Shown piece after piece: positions 1 through 13,395 of a stretch of 64,000 bases of DNA (within the stretch, counting starts at the first letter, position 1; every line of letters begins with the position of its first letter). Origin of the DNA: the human T2T-CHM13v2.0 reference genome, Homo sapiens; the NCBI RefSeq assembly GCF_009914755.1, contig NC_060928.1; one strand, 5' to 3'. The notes beneath the pieces are model-generated. The model was not told the DNA's origin and did not search any database. It worked only from the letters and a program-made list of their open reading frames with translations. The position numbers and the translations under genes were made by a program.

Positions 1-552
1 TCTGTGGGAGTCAGTCGGTTATCTGTTCTGACAAGGCCCCTTGTGTGTTTGAAGGAGGTGTGGCCTCCAAACCATCAAAGCATGCCGGGTGCACAATTAC
101 ATCTCCGCATTGTGCTTGCCAGGGCATGACAATTGGAACACTGTGATCCAAGGCTTGTTTTGTTCTGACCAGCATCAGAAGTTCAGAACGTTAGCTTGAG
201 TAGCAAAATTGATTATATATTCTATTTGCTACAAGCCTACCAGCTAGTGCATCGATTCACCCTTTCATTTTCAGAGTCCACCTCTACAGACAACACTTAT
301 GTAACATTCTGAAAGGCGTTTTCCATGGTGATTAAGCTTTGCAGAGTAGGTTTGAGTGGTTTATCTGCATTACCAGTATCTCTTTCTTGGGACTTTGGAA
401 GAGACACCCTGGGTAGGCCCAGCAGGTGGAGTTTTTGGGGTTGGGGCTGGACTACAGGAGAAGGAGAAAGCAGGGAGGAACAGTGTGGAAGGAAAAAACT
501 GAAACTCAGAGGAACAGGGTAAAGATTTTTCTCCGTAAAAGTACCAAAAGCA

Positions 553-861
<309 letters not shown>

Positions 862-964
862 CTAAAACCAGAGACTGAGCCACACTCTTGGATAGGGGAA
901 ATGAGAGCATGGGGAAGGAATCAGAGGTGGTTGAGCAGAAGAGTCACTGCCTGTAGAGACATTT

Positions 965-1175
965 GTTAGACAAACATTTAATGAGCACTAGCTATGAGCC
1001 AGACACGGGGCTGTGCAGCCTCAGAACAAATCCATGCAACAGTTTCTACCATTCTGGAAATGGAGGTAGAGAGCGGTTGAGTTACCTGTTCAAAGTCATT
1101 TGGCTGGAATGTAGATGGGCCAAGGTAAGGATTCAGGCCTGTCTGACCCCAGAACTCAGGATTTGAACCACTGAG
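965..1175 (-). mobile_element. MIR SINE fragment
   Basis: acatttaatgagcactagctatgagccagacac and ggttgagttacctgttcaaagtca resemble the reverse-complemented MIR consensus. Confidence 0.65.
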
Positions 1176-1431
1176 GTATGTACCACTCTGAACAGGGCAC
1201 ACCTCGGGGTGGAGTCTGGGAGATCTGACCCAATTTAAGGGATAAGGAACAAGGAGGAACATAATATTATTTCAACCATCCTCCCAGGGGCAGAGGCAGG
1301 GGAGAAGGAAAAGAGGTCCCTGTGTACAACTACTGGAGCTGAGAGAGGGATATTGGTTTACATACCTCCTGAAGAAGACACAGGTAGGATCCTGAATGCT
1401 GAATCCTTGTCCCATTGCCTACCATGGAGGC

Positions 1432-1881
1432 TGTATTCATTTGCTTTGGCTGTTGTAGCAAAGTACCACACACTGCAGGGCTTATACAACATACACAGAT
1501 TTTCTGTCTGTTCTGGAGATTGGAAGTCGAGAATCAAGGTGTCAGCAGCGTTAGTTCCTTTTGAGGGCTGTGAGAATCTGTTCCAGATTCCTCTCTTAGC
1601 TACTGGTAGTTTTCTGGCAATCTTTGGCATTTCTTGGCTTATAGATGCATCATCCTTATCTCCGCCTTCATCCTCACATGCATTCTCCCTGTGTGCACCT
1701 CCGTCACTGTCTAACTTTTCACTTTTTATAAGGACACCAATCATGTTGGATTTGGGTACACCCTAATGATCTCATTGTAGCTTCATCATCGGTAAAACCC
1801 TATTTCCAAATCAGGTCACATTCACAGGCACTGGGGGTTAGGGCATCAATATTTTTGAGGGGGACATAATTGAATCCACAC
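1432..1881 (-). mobile_element. MaLR solo LTR, MLT1B/MLT1C-like
   Basis: Begins tgtattcatttgc...caaagtaccacacactg; ends ccctatttccaaatcaggtcacattcacaggcactgggggttagg...ggggacataattgaatccaca; reverse complement of an MLT1 LTR with TG...CA termini. Confidence 0.85.
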
Positions 1882-2851
1882 AGGGAACATCCCAGTAAAA
1901 CACACAATCGTTACTAGTTTGGCCTTTGGTCCCAAAACATTTTTGTGAGATGAGTTGGGCCGTTTGAGATTGATGAGGCAGCTGTGCCCCTTGAAGGTAA
2001 GACTTCAGGAGATGTCAGCTCCAACAGTATCCTATGTCTTCTCCTGTCCCTGCCACCCTCTCATCCTGCACCAGCCTTTGCACACTAGTTAGTAAAGGAA
2101 ACTTAAGAACACCTAGGGACTGGCAGCACTTGGAGAAAACAGAGGGAAGAGATCAATGATAGTTATACCTATAGTTCTTCTCCCTTCTCCTGACAATGCC
2201 ATCCTCTTGCCTTCTGACCCCTGTGTGTGAACTTGAAACTCCATTTTCTTTTTCGACTATGTCATGGAGATTTCTCTTTAAAACAGGGTTTCTCTCCTTC
2301 CCTCCCTCCTTGTTTCCCTCCCTTTTTTCCTTCTTCATTTTTTTTCCTTTTTGTTAAGGAAGAGGAGGTACAGTGAAAGGAAGAAGCCTTATTCTCTTCC
2401 TAGGGAATAGAGTGTAGTGAGTATAACTTAATAGGGAGCAGGTGGGAAGTCTAAACTTTCCTTCTTAGTTTAATTTTTTTCGTCTCCCTTTACCCCATTC
2501 TTCTCAACTGGAGGGAATGAAAGTGTGTAATTCTCAGGTAGAACTGAGTGCAGAAACGGAATGTGGTGAGGACTACACAGAGGTGGTAGGAGGGAAGAAA
2601 AAACAGGCCTGACAATGCAATATATGTTCCTATCCAGTTCAGCTAGATGTGATGAGACAAACTCATTTAGATTAGCTTATTTTGTCTTGATGTATAAATG
2701 TCAGATAATCCAACTGTGCTAGGATTTTTGCATATCACAAACATGTTGTTATTAACCACCATCTGTAATTAGCAAAATAGTGAGCTAAATAATGAAGGAA
2801 GGAAGAAACTTACATATTTGAGCATTTATCATGCATCAGGCACTGCATTAG

Positions 2852-3265
<414 letters not shown>

Positions 3266-3386
3266 AGGTTACAGAATATTTCTAGGCACCACAGGCCTGG
3301 TCAATAAATGGTTTATGTCACACAAGCTAGCTGAACTCATTTATTAAATTTTTTTTTTTTTTTTAGTGAATTCCTCACAATTTTCT

Positions 3387-3682
3387 CTTTTTAAATTTTT
3401 ATTATTTATTTATTTATGAGACATGATCTCGCTCTGTTGCCCAGGCTGGAGTGGCTCACTGCAACTTCAAACTCCTGGACTCAAGCAATCCTCTCACCTC
3501 TGTTTCCTGAGTAGCTGGAACTACAAGTGTGCACCACCACACCCAGCTAATTTTATTTTTTTTGTAGAGATAAGGTCTTACTATGTTTCCCAGGCTAGTC
3601 TTGAACTTCTAGACTCAAGTGATCTTCCTGCCTCAGCCTCTCAAAGTTCTGGGATTACAGACATGAGCCACTGCGCCTGGCC
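3387..3682 (-). mobile_element. AluJ SINE inserted in old L1
   Basis: Reverse Alu with J-type features (aactcctggactcaagcaatcc); TSD acaattttct at 3377-3386 and 3683-3692. Confidence 0.93.
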
Positions 3683-5145
3683 ACAATTTTCTATACTTGT
3701 AAATATATTACCTGTGAATAGAGATAGTTTTACTTCTTCTTTTTTTTTTCTTTCAATCTGGTTGCCTTTTATTTCTGTGTCTTGCCTAATTCCTCTTGCC
3801 TAATTGCTCCAGTACAATGCTGACATAACAGTGGCAAGAATGGATATCCTTGTATTTTTCCTGATCCCATGAGTAAAAGCTTTCAGTTTTTTACCTTTGA
3901 GTGTGATGTTAGCTGTGGGTTGGTTGTAGATGCCCTGTATGTCCTCAACTTCTGTATGAGGTTGAGGACATTTTCCTCTATTTCTAGTTTAACGAACTAG
4001 TTTTTTTTAATCATGAAAGGGTGTATAATTCTATGTTGCTGAAGTCAGTTTGCTAGCTTATTTTTTGAGAATTTTTCATCTATATTTATAAGGGATATGA
4101 GGTCAAAGTTCTATATTCTTGAAATATCTTTAGGTATGGTATTAGGGTAAGAATGGTCTCATGAAATAAGTGAGAAAATGTGTTTTTTTATTTCTTTTTT
4201 TTGAAGAATTTGTCAAATATTGAAGATTGGTATTAATTCATCTTTAAACATTTGTAAAATTCATCAGTGAAGATATCTGGGTCTGAAATTTTTCTTTTTG
4301 TAGAAAGTTTTAAAATAACTAATGTCATCATTTATTATAGTTCAATTAAGATTTTCTATTTCTTGAGTCAGTTCCAGTAATTTTTATCTTGCTACGATTT
4401 TGTCCATTTCATCTTGGTTATCAAATTTGTTGGCATAGCTGTTTATAGTATCCTTTTATAATTTTTTAAATTCCTATAAGTAGTGATGGCTCGTCTTTCA
4501 TTGCTGTTATGAGAAATTTGAGTTATCTCTCTCACTTTCTGTCAGTCTAATTAAAGATTTGTCATTTGTTGGTCTCTTTAAAGAAAGAGCTTTTGATTTT
4601 TCTCTATTGTTTTCCTATTTTTTATTTTATTTATATATTTTCCAGTCTTTATTATTCCTTTCCCCTACTTGCTTAGGTTTCAGTTTGCTCTTCTTTTTTA
4701 TTTCTTAAGATGAAAAGTTAGGTTACTTACTCATTTGAAATATTTCTTATTCTTCTTTTTAAAATATAGATGATTACAGCTATACACTTCTCTCTAAGCA
4801 CTGCATTAGCTGCGTATCATGAGTTTTGGTATGTTGCATTTTTGTTTACATTCATCTCTAAATATTCACTTAGAGAATATGTCTTGTAATTTCTTCTTTG
4901 ATCAATTGGTTATTTAGGAATGTATTAATTAATTTCCATATATTTGTGAATTTCCCAGGTTTTATTCTGTGTTTTATTTCTAATTTTATTTTATTGTGGT
5001 CAGGGCACATGTTTTGTATAACTTCAATCTTTTAAAATTTATTGTTTTTATAGGCAGACATATGGTCTACCCTGGAGAGGTTTCATTGTGCACTTGAGAA
5101 GAATATGTATTCTGCTGTTGTTGGGTGGATCATTCTATAGAGGTC

Positions 5146-5522
5146 TGTTAAAACAAAAACTTTAGATAAATTAAATTTAGCAGAGTTTTTTGAGCAAAGA
5201 ACAATTCATGAATTAGGCAGCACTCACAACAAGAAGAGGTTCAGAAAGCTCTACCTAACAGCCTGAGCAGTGAGATTTTATAGGCTAAATGTGGAACCAA
5301 AGTAGAAAGATCACTTAATTGGTTACATGTAGACATACGCCTTATTTGGGCACGGTGTGATCAGTTAACTGATTTGCTGAAGCTTGGCTGCTTGTGATGG
5401 CTGAAACTCAGTTATCAAGTCTGGTTTCAGTTTGTTTATAAAATATGTTAGGTTGTGCTACATTACAACTCAAAGTAGGGAGATAGCCTCGAGTCAATGG
5501 CTTCCTGCTTATTTAGTTTAAT
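5146..5522 (-). mobile_element. ERV1 solo LTR, MER93-like
   Basis: tgttaaaacaaaaactttagataaattaaatttagcagagtt...gagcaaag is the reverse of the MER93 3' end (poly(A) region); it interrupts the old L1. Confidence 0.7.
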
Positions 5523-8500
5523 AAATGCAGTTGGAGTTATTCAAGTCTCCTATTTCATTGTTGATCTTCTGCCTGTCCTGTTCTGTCCATTATTGAAAGT
5601 GAGGTATTAAAGTTGTTACCTGTTACTGTTGAATTGTCTATTTCTCTCTTTAATTCTGTCATTTTTGTATCTTCATATATTTTGGAGCTCTCTAGATAGG
5701 TTCATACACAATTGTTATGTCTTCCTGATGACCTCAACTTTTTAAATTATAAAATGTCCTTTTTTGTTTCTAACAACAATTTTTGTTTGAACATCTATTT
5801 TGTCTGATCTTAATATAGTGACTCTAATTGTCTTTTGGTTACAGCTTGCATGGAATATCTTTTTTTTTCCCCATTTTTAACATTCAACCTATTTGTGTCT
5901 TTTCTACATCTATTGAGTTTCTTCTGTGTTGTGGTTTTCTCCTTTATTCTATTTATATGATAAATTACATTTATTGATCTTTGAGTGCTATACCTACCTT
6001 TCATTCAAAATATAAATCTCACTTGTTCATATTGAGTTATCTTTTCTGATTATTGTTAGATTCCAAATGCCCATATTCATAAAGGATTGCCCCATCTCTG
6101 TTCATGAAATGGTAGTTTCATAGTGTCACAGTAACATTAGCCTTGTAAAATGAACTGAGACGTGCCCTGCACTCCTTTATTTTTGAAAAGTATCTGCACA
6201 AGATTGGTATTTCTTTTCTAGAAATTTCACAGAATTCACCAGTCAAGTCATCTCAGTCTGGAGGGTTCTCCTCTTCCCTGGGAATGTTTTTAACTGAAAA
6301 CTCAATGCCTTGAAGAGATATACAGCTATTTTGATTTTCTCTTTTCTCTTGTTTCAGGTTTGGCAAATTTTTTGTGTCAAGTTTGGTCTTTTGATACGTT
6401 TGTCCATTTCACCCACGTTCTCACATTTGTCATATGCTGCTCATAACATTTCATTATTGTCTACTTAACGTACAGAGAACGTTCAGTGACATCCTATTTT
6501 GCTTTTGATATTAGAAATGTTTGTCTCTTTGTTTTTGATCAGTCTAGCCAGAGATCTATCATTTGTATTGATCTTTTTAAACAAGCAACTTATGGTTTCA
6601 TTGATTTTTCTCCATTGTTAGCTTGCTTTTCATTTCATTGTTTTACACTTTTGTTTTTCTTCCTTTCATTGTACTTTGGGTTTCAGTTCTTTTTTTTTTT
6701 TTCTTTTAGCTTCTTACAGTGGAAGCTCTGATAACTAACTAATTTTGGACATTAAAAAATTGGCAACAGAAGCATTTAATGTTATGAAATTTCTTCTAAT
6801 TGCTACTTTATTTTCATCTAATAAATTTTGATATGTGTTTCATTCATTTCAAAATATTTTCTAATTTCTTTTGTCAATTTCACTTTGAAAAATGGGCTAT
6901 TTGAAATGAGTATTTCCCAGGTATTTTAATTTTTTTGATATCTTTCTGTTTTTGAAATGTGTTGTCATTCTACTGTAGTCAAAGAAAATGGATTGTAAAA
7001 TTTCCGTCCTTTGATATGTATTAAGACTGGTTTTATGACCCAGTTTTGGGTTAGTGTATGGCATATCTTAGTGAATTTTCCATGTGCTCTTGAAAAGTAT
7101 CTACATTCTGTTGTTTAGTTACTTGTACTATAGATATCAATTTGATCAGGTTGAAGGTAAGTGTTGTTTAAGTCTTCTATGATCCTATTCTGTCTAATTT
7201 ATCAACTACTAGAAGAGGAGTGTTGAAGTCTCCAACTATAATTGGGAATTTGTCCATTTCTCTTTTCAGTCTTATCAGTTTTCACTTCACGTATTTTGAT
7301 GCCTATTACTACATGCCTATTCAGTTAGCATTGTTGGTCTTCTTAATACATTGACTCTTTTGTTTTTATAAAATGTTCTGCTTTATCACAAAAATTGGTA
7401 ATATTTCTTGTCCTGAAGTCTACTTTATCTGATATTAATGTAGCCACTCCAGTTTTCTTATTATTAGTGTATGCATTGTTTATAATTTTCTATCCTCTTA
7501 CTTTTATAATGTGAGACTCTTCTGTTCACCCCAAGGTTTTCTATTATTGTTGTAATGCAATTTACTTCTACATGTTATAAACTCTATGATACATTCTTTA
7601 CTTTTTTTTAAGAAAGCAATTTTCTCTTAAAGAATTGAAACACAAGGAAAAACTTTTTCCCTTTATATAAATAGTTATCATTTAAATGATTCTAAATTCT
7701 TTTGAGCAGATCCATGTTTCCATATGGTATCATTTTCTTCTCTGCAAAAAACTTCCTTTAACATTTCTTGTAGTTGAGATCTCTTTACAAGTAAATTCTT
7801 TTAGTTTTTGCTTATCTAAAAACATTTTAAATTACTCTTAGCTTTTGAAAGATGTTTTCACTGGAGATAGAATGACATTTTTTCCCCAGCACTTTGAAGA
7901 TGCTTTATTGTTTCTTGTCTTGCATTGTTTGTGATCTAAAATTGATAGTAATTCTTATCTTTGGTTTTCTGAATATAATCTGCCAATTTTATATGACCAA
8001 TTTTATATGGCTTCTTTTAAGATTTTTCTCTTTATCACTGGTTTGTAGCAATTTGATTATGATGTGCTTTCGTATAATTTTCATTTTTATTTTTTTAAAA
8101 TTTTGTTTTGTGCTTATTGAATTTTTTGACTGTGTTTATGGTTTTTATCAAATTTGAATAAAATTTCAGGCATTATTTCTTTGAATACATATTTCTGCCC
8201 CTTCCTTTTTTCTGACTCCAGTTATATTTACACTAAACTACTTAAAACTGTTCTACATGTTATGAGGGTTCTGTTAATTATTTTCTTTCTCTTTTCTTTT
8301 TATGCTTAAGTTTGGATAGTTCCTATTTCTACATTCTCAGATTACACTGATTTTTTTTTTCCTTTTTCTATAATGTCTAATCTGTTATTGGTCCTATGCA
8401 GTAAAAATTTTATTTCAAATATTGAATTTTTCAGCTCTAGAAGACCTCTTAATTTTGTTTTTATTTCTTTAATTTCTCTCTTTATCATTTTTGTTTTCTT

Positions 8501-8649
8501 GTACATTCTAGAACATATTTATATTAGCTACTTTAACGTCCCTGTCTGCTATTCACTCTGTCATTTCTGGATCTATTTTTATTGGCAATGACAGTCCTGC
8601 CTGTTCATGGAAATGTTGTACCCACAAGGTACAATGTAGAAAACTTCTC

Positions 8650-9140
8650 TGTATCAGTTGGTAGCACATTTGGCTTCAAGTAAAAGAATGACAGTAACTT
8701 AAAGAAATAGGAGGTTTATTTGTCTCATAAAAGTGTCTGGAGGTAAGCAATTGCTGGCTCTGATTCAATAGCTCAGTAATGCAGAGATTAGTATAATTCT
8801 TTTTGTTGCTTTTCTCATCTTGGTAACCTCATTGTTTCCAGAAAACTGCAAACCTCCAGATACTAGACATCACACTTGTATTCTAAGTAGGAAAAACGTT
8901 ATGCCTTAAATCTATTTTTTTCCCCTGAAAGCAGTGGTTTATTGGAAGTTCAACCTAGTGGCTTTCCATGTAATTGGCCAAGACTGGGTCACATGACTTC
9001 CTATGGACTAACCACTCATCAAGTTAAACAAGATTGTCACGACTGATTTAGACCAGTGATAAATTTCCTTGGACTCATGAACAAATTGGAGCTCGAATAA
9101 CAGGGAAATGGATGTTGAGGAAAGGCTAGGCTAGACAGTG
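8650..9140 (-). mobile_element. Old MaLR LTR (MLT1J/K-like)
   Basis: tgtatcagttgg...gtttatttgtctcataaaagtgtctggaggtaagc...aattggccaagactgggtcacatg, typical of reverse MLT1K/J. Confidence 0.6.
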
Positions 9141-9733
9141 TTGCTCATATGCTGCAGTGCCAAAAAGTAAGGTTCACTCTCAGAATGGCATTTGATCTTC
9201 ATCTTGTAGGAAACTTGGTGGGAGAGAGGAGAGCCAAGAGCAACATGGGCAACTTCTAATATTATCTAGATCTCAAACAAGGAGAGGTTTAGAAGCAAAT
9301 CATAAAGCGAGGTTTAGAAGCAAATCATAAGACCTCTGTGAAGTCTAGTTTCTGTGGTTTTTTAAACACAGAGACAATTTAGTTGCTGAGTTTTATATCA
9401 GCAGAAGCGTCTGGGGCACAAAAGGAAGGAAATGTCACAATAAATTAAAACAAATGAGAATGTGAGTCAATGATAGAGTTGGTGGACTCTTAATTCTTGA
9501 AAACTTTTATTGTGAGCTGTGTGATCTCGAACAATCCACTTAACTTCTCTAAGCCTCAATTTCTTCATTAGAAACTAGAAATAATAATATAACTGTTGTG
9601 GGTGATTAGCAATTAACCATCTGTATTATTAGTTCTAGTTTATTATTGTGTTATAACTTCTTGTTTATTATTATTTTTAGTTTATTCGTCAAAAACCAGG
9701 AATAATAAGATGGCCATTGTAGTTAGTTAAGAG

Positions 9734-10222
9734 CAGCAATTCTCAAAGATTTAGGTGTTAGGGCCACTTTAAATCCTTAAGAATGATTGAGGATCCCTAA
9801 GCACTTTTGTTTACATTTGTTGTAACTATTGATATTTACCATATTAAAAATTAAAACTGAGAATTCAAAAGGTATTTATTAATTCATTAAAATAACAGTA
9901 AGAATGCATTGCATGTTAAATTAGTAACATTTTAAATAAAAATATATTTTCTAAAACAAAAAATATGGTGAAAATGTGGCATTGTTGTACATTTTTGCAG
10001 ATTTCTTACAGTTTAATAGAAGGGAGCGGGATTTTCCTGTGCATTTCTGCATTCAATCTGTTGTAATATCACATGTCATTTAGGCTCTGAATAACCCTAC
10101 TGTGTACTTGTGAGAAAATGAGAGAGGAAAAAGGCAAATAATGCTTTAGTATTATGATGAAAATAGTTTGTGATTTCACAAACTTCCCTGGGGGTTCCTG
10201 GACCAGATATTGAGGACTGTTA
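9734..10222 (-). mobile_element. hAT-Charlie DNA transposon (MER119/Charlie1-derived)
   Basis: TIR-like ends cagcaattctcaaa and tgaggactgtta; Charlie1-type internal sequence (tctgcattcaatctgttgtaatatcacatgtca); 8-bp TSD gttaaga(g/a). Confidence 0.75.
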
Positions 10223-10410
10223 GTTAAGAAAATAGTCTCTTTCCCTTCTAAATGAGTAAATGTGAGCAAGATATTAAATGTCTCAGTTCCTTCATCTGTA
10301 AAATGGAGATAATAATAATAGCTGTTTCATAGGTCTGCTCTGAGGATTATATCAGTTCTCTTAAGATAGTGTGGAATTCAGTAAGTGATCAAAATCAATT
10401 ACTATTACTG
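10223..10410 (+). mobile_element. MIR fragment (5' end split by the DNA transposon)
   Basis: ctcagttccttcatctgtaaaatggagataataata MIR core. Confidence 0.75.
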
Positions 10411-10599
10411 CTTACTGAATGCACCACAAAAGAATTTTTCTCTCCCCTTTTCCTTTGGAGCAGAAGAGAGATCTTTGGAACATTTTGTTTGAGAAGTAGA
10501 AGAGGCAGACCTCTGGATTTATTGATAAGGGCCCAACACTTGGATAAAATGATCCCTTTAGTCAGTAATAATTAATGCATAGCATCCACATCATATTAT

Positions 10600-10790
10600 A
10601 AATCATCCTTTTCAGCCCCTATCTCACTTAATTCTTGAAACCGCCTGTGATATGGGTGAGGTATATTTATTATCCCCATTTTGCATACCAGGCAACTGAG
10701 ACTCAGAGGTTAAATAACTTGCCAAAAGGCAGAATTTCTACAGGGAATCTTTATCTTCTGACTCCACATTCTGTGCCTTTGAAGTCTCCT
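10600..10790 (-). mobile_element. MIR fragment
   Basis: tattatccccattttgcataccaggcaactgagactcagaggttaaataacttgcc reverse MIR core. Confidence 0.8.
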
Positions 10791-11379
10791 CCCTGCCTCC
10801 CACTTCTGATTTTTGCACATTAATATGCATGTAATGCACCTGCTCCCTGGGAGGCAGGTTTGCCTGCATCAGCTTTTGAAGTTGGTGCCTGAAACTTGTT
10901 TTGATTAAGGATGGAAAATTCACTGAATAGACAGATGGACTCGAAGGCCTTTACATCATTTTGGAGATGAAAAGTGCTGGGTAAGTGTTATGATCCACGT
11001 GCTGGTAATTTGATCAAAAAAGAAATAACTATGCAGAAATGACCCTAAGAAAATGAGATCTGAAAAGGGGGCAGGGGCTATCAGCTTTGATCCAGAAGAC
11101 CTCAGGGTTATTCAGATTTTGACTCAGGAAGTTCCTGTGGGTGAAGTAACACATCTGCCTGAGATACTAACAAATTCCTCAGCTGACCTGAGTGTAGTGG
11201 GAGGCTGGCAAGAATGTGTAAATTCAATATCATTAGCAGACAAGTGAAGATGAACCCCCAGTGACTACTAGGAAAATCTTGCAGGCAGGAAACCAGGAGA
11301 GAAAGGTAAAAGTGCTAATGGTGGACATTAAAGGCTTCTTAGAAAGCTGGGTGCCTGGCTCTATTATGGAAGCAGTCAT

Positions 11380-11630
11380 GCTAATCACGACACCTGACAT
11401 GGATTAGCATGTCCTCTTGGTCAGCCTCTGTGCTGGGGACTTTACATGCTCTGTTTTATTTAATCCTTGCAAGAATCTTGTGAAGGAGGTATTTTTGTTA
11501 TCACCATTTTACAGGTAAAAAAAAACCCTTTGCTCAGGGATGTCAAATAATTTTCATATGAGAATTAGTGAGAAGTAGAGGAAAGAGTCAAACCAGCTCC
11601 AATGTCAGTGTCCAAATCACTGGATTTACT
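11380..11630 (-). mobile_element. MIR fragment
   Basis: tttaatccttgcaagaatcttgtgaaggaggtatt...atcaccattttacagg reverse MIR core. Confidence 0.65.
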
Positions 11631-12144
11631 GCATCCCCAAGATGTTTTGATCTCACTGGAGATAAGACAGACCTATAGGATGATATTTGTTGCTGGAGAG
11701 ATGACCATTTGGTAACTAAAGCAAATATGAGCTTTTTAAGAATAGCTTTACTCTTCTGGATATTTGCTCATTTAGGGTTCCAAACATGGATCAGTTCCTA
11801 TTTTTTTCTGATACTTGCTATTGCTCCTTATTGCTTCTGGCATAAGATTCAACCTCTCAAGTAAAGTTAAAGTTCAGTATTCTCTCTGGCAGGTTCTGGA
11901 AGCCAACAAAAGGGAGACAGCTTTTGGAGCACTACCATTGTCCAAGGTCATTAACAAGAACCTATTATGTGCAGAACATGTGGATAAAGCTGGGTAAATC
12001 CCACCTGGGCCTCATCATGCATCATGCCTCCTTGGGGAGCTCACCGTCTAGCATGGGATTTATATTTATATTTATATTTCTTAAATAATAACTTAGAAAG
12101 CAGTGAGTGCTTTCTATGCACTTGCAAGAATCTGTCTTTCTAAG

Positions 12145-13395
12145 CAGATTGCAAGAATCTGTCCCAGGAGATCTGCAGAGGATCCCTGGCTGGGGGATAG
12201 TTTTTTTTTTTTTTCTTAGCAAACTTTAATAAAAGGACTAAGCTAAGTGTGATAGAAATTCAAAAGTTAAGGTAGAAGGAGAAAACACGGAGAGACGATG
12301 TTCTATGAAGGTCAACTAGTAAGGCCTGGGAGGGGTAGCTGGAGGGCATGTCAGAAGGAGAGTGACTAGACGAGGGGGCAGCAACCTTGGCACATGGATC
12401 CAATACAGCCCACTGTCTTGGCTGACTTTTCACTGAGTCTGCTATATTTATATATTATGCCTGAAATCACTAAGGAGGCTCATCAAATCCCCACAACAAC
12501 TCTACGGCATTTATAGATGAGGAAACTGAAGCTTTAAAGACTTGGTTAAGGACACTTGTCCAAGATCATGTAGCTACTAAGTGGCAGATCCAGAGTTTAG
12601 ATGTAGATCTCCTGAATCTAAGTCCAGCTCTCTTTCTCTTGCACCAGGGCCAAGTTTCATGGCATTCTGTCCTTCCTAAGGCCTCTGCTCTGATATTGGG
12701 GATGCCCAGGAGCTCCAAATTCTCCTTGTCAAAGTGCATCCTCTGGACTTGCCTTTTCCCATATTCTCCTCTCTTTACACAGATCCAGAGAGGACAGGTC
12801 CTGGAGGACAGGATGCTGCTATTGCAGCGTCAGGCCCAGGACTGGACGGATGTGCATCTGGTCATGTGAGCACAGCTTTCTCCATGCTGCCACTCTGACC
12901 CTAGAACATGTGTCCTCCTTCACACAGTGGTCATCCCAATTTCAGCCCCTTCCCTCTTTCCTTTCAGTCTGTAAGCCCTTCCTATCGCCCCGGCACGCTG
13001 GCTTCCACCTCATCAGCCTATCATCATGTGAGGTTGGAAATACCACAGTTCTTGCTGCCTCGTCGTGACTACAGAGTTCTTACATTGCTCTTTTCACAGA
13101 AACATTCATTAGTTTCCTACAATGATGTATTATGTGGGAATGTTTACCACCAAAGCAAGGCCAGTAAAGGATATATTTTTAGTTGGGAGAACGGATGACT
13201 TTGGTTTCTTGGACTCATACCTAATATGCACGCAATCTATCAGTATAGCTCTTCTGGCAGACTTGGGAGAAGGTTCATGTGAGCTCTGGACAGGAATGAG
13301 GAGTTGGTTATGACAAAAACACAGATTGCAATAATCTGTCCCAGGAGATCTGCAGAGGATCCTTGGCTGGGGGATTTTCTTTTTTTAGTAACTTT
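12145..13395 (+). repeat. Dispersed 54-bp direct repeat pair (12145-12198 and 13322-13375), each followed by a T tract
   Basis: cagattgcaa(g/t)aatctgtcccaggagatctgcagaggatcc(c/t)tggctgggggat, 52/54 identical, offset 1177 bp. Confidence 0.95.
12480..12645 (-). mobile_element. MIR fragment
   Basis: catttatagatgaggaaactgaagct...cttgtccaagatcatgtagctactaagtggcaga. Confidence 0.8.

Larger units (their letters stand above)
3300..8590 (-). mobile_element. Old LINE-1 (L1M class) fragments, at least two elements, interrupted by AluJ and MER93
   Basis: T-rich sequence matching antisense L1 ORF2 (tgtgaatagagatagttttacttc; tctattttgtctgatcttaatatag); minus-strand ORF 5810-6004 contains ORF2-like SINVIYHINRIK. 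Confidence 0.85.

Noticed and set aside
1353-1766. Overlapping 137-aa and 128-aa ORFs
   Set aside because: Both lie mostly within an MLT1 LTR and are chance open frames.
11377-11411. 10-bp inverted repeat catgctaatc/gattagcatg (also cttataac/gttataag at 61051-61068)
   Set aside because: Short isolated hairpins at about chance frequency, with no RNA-gene context.
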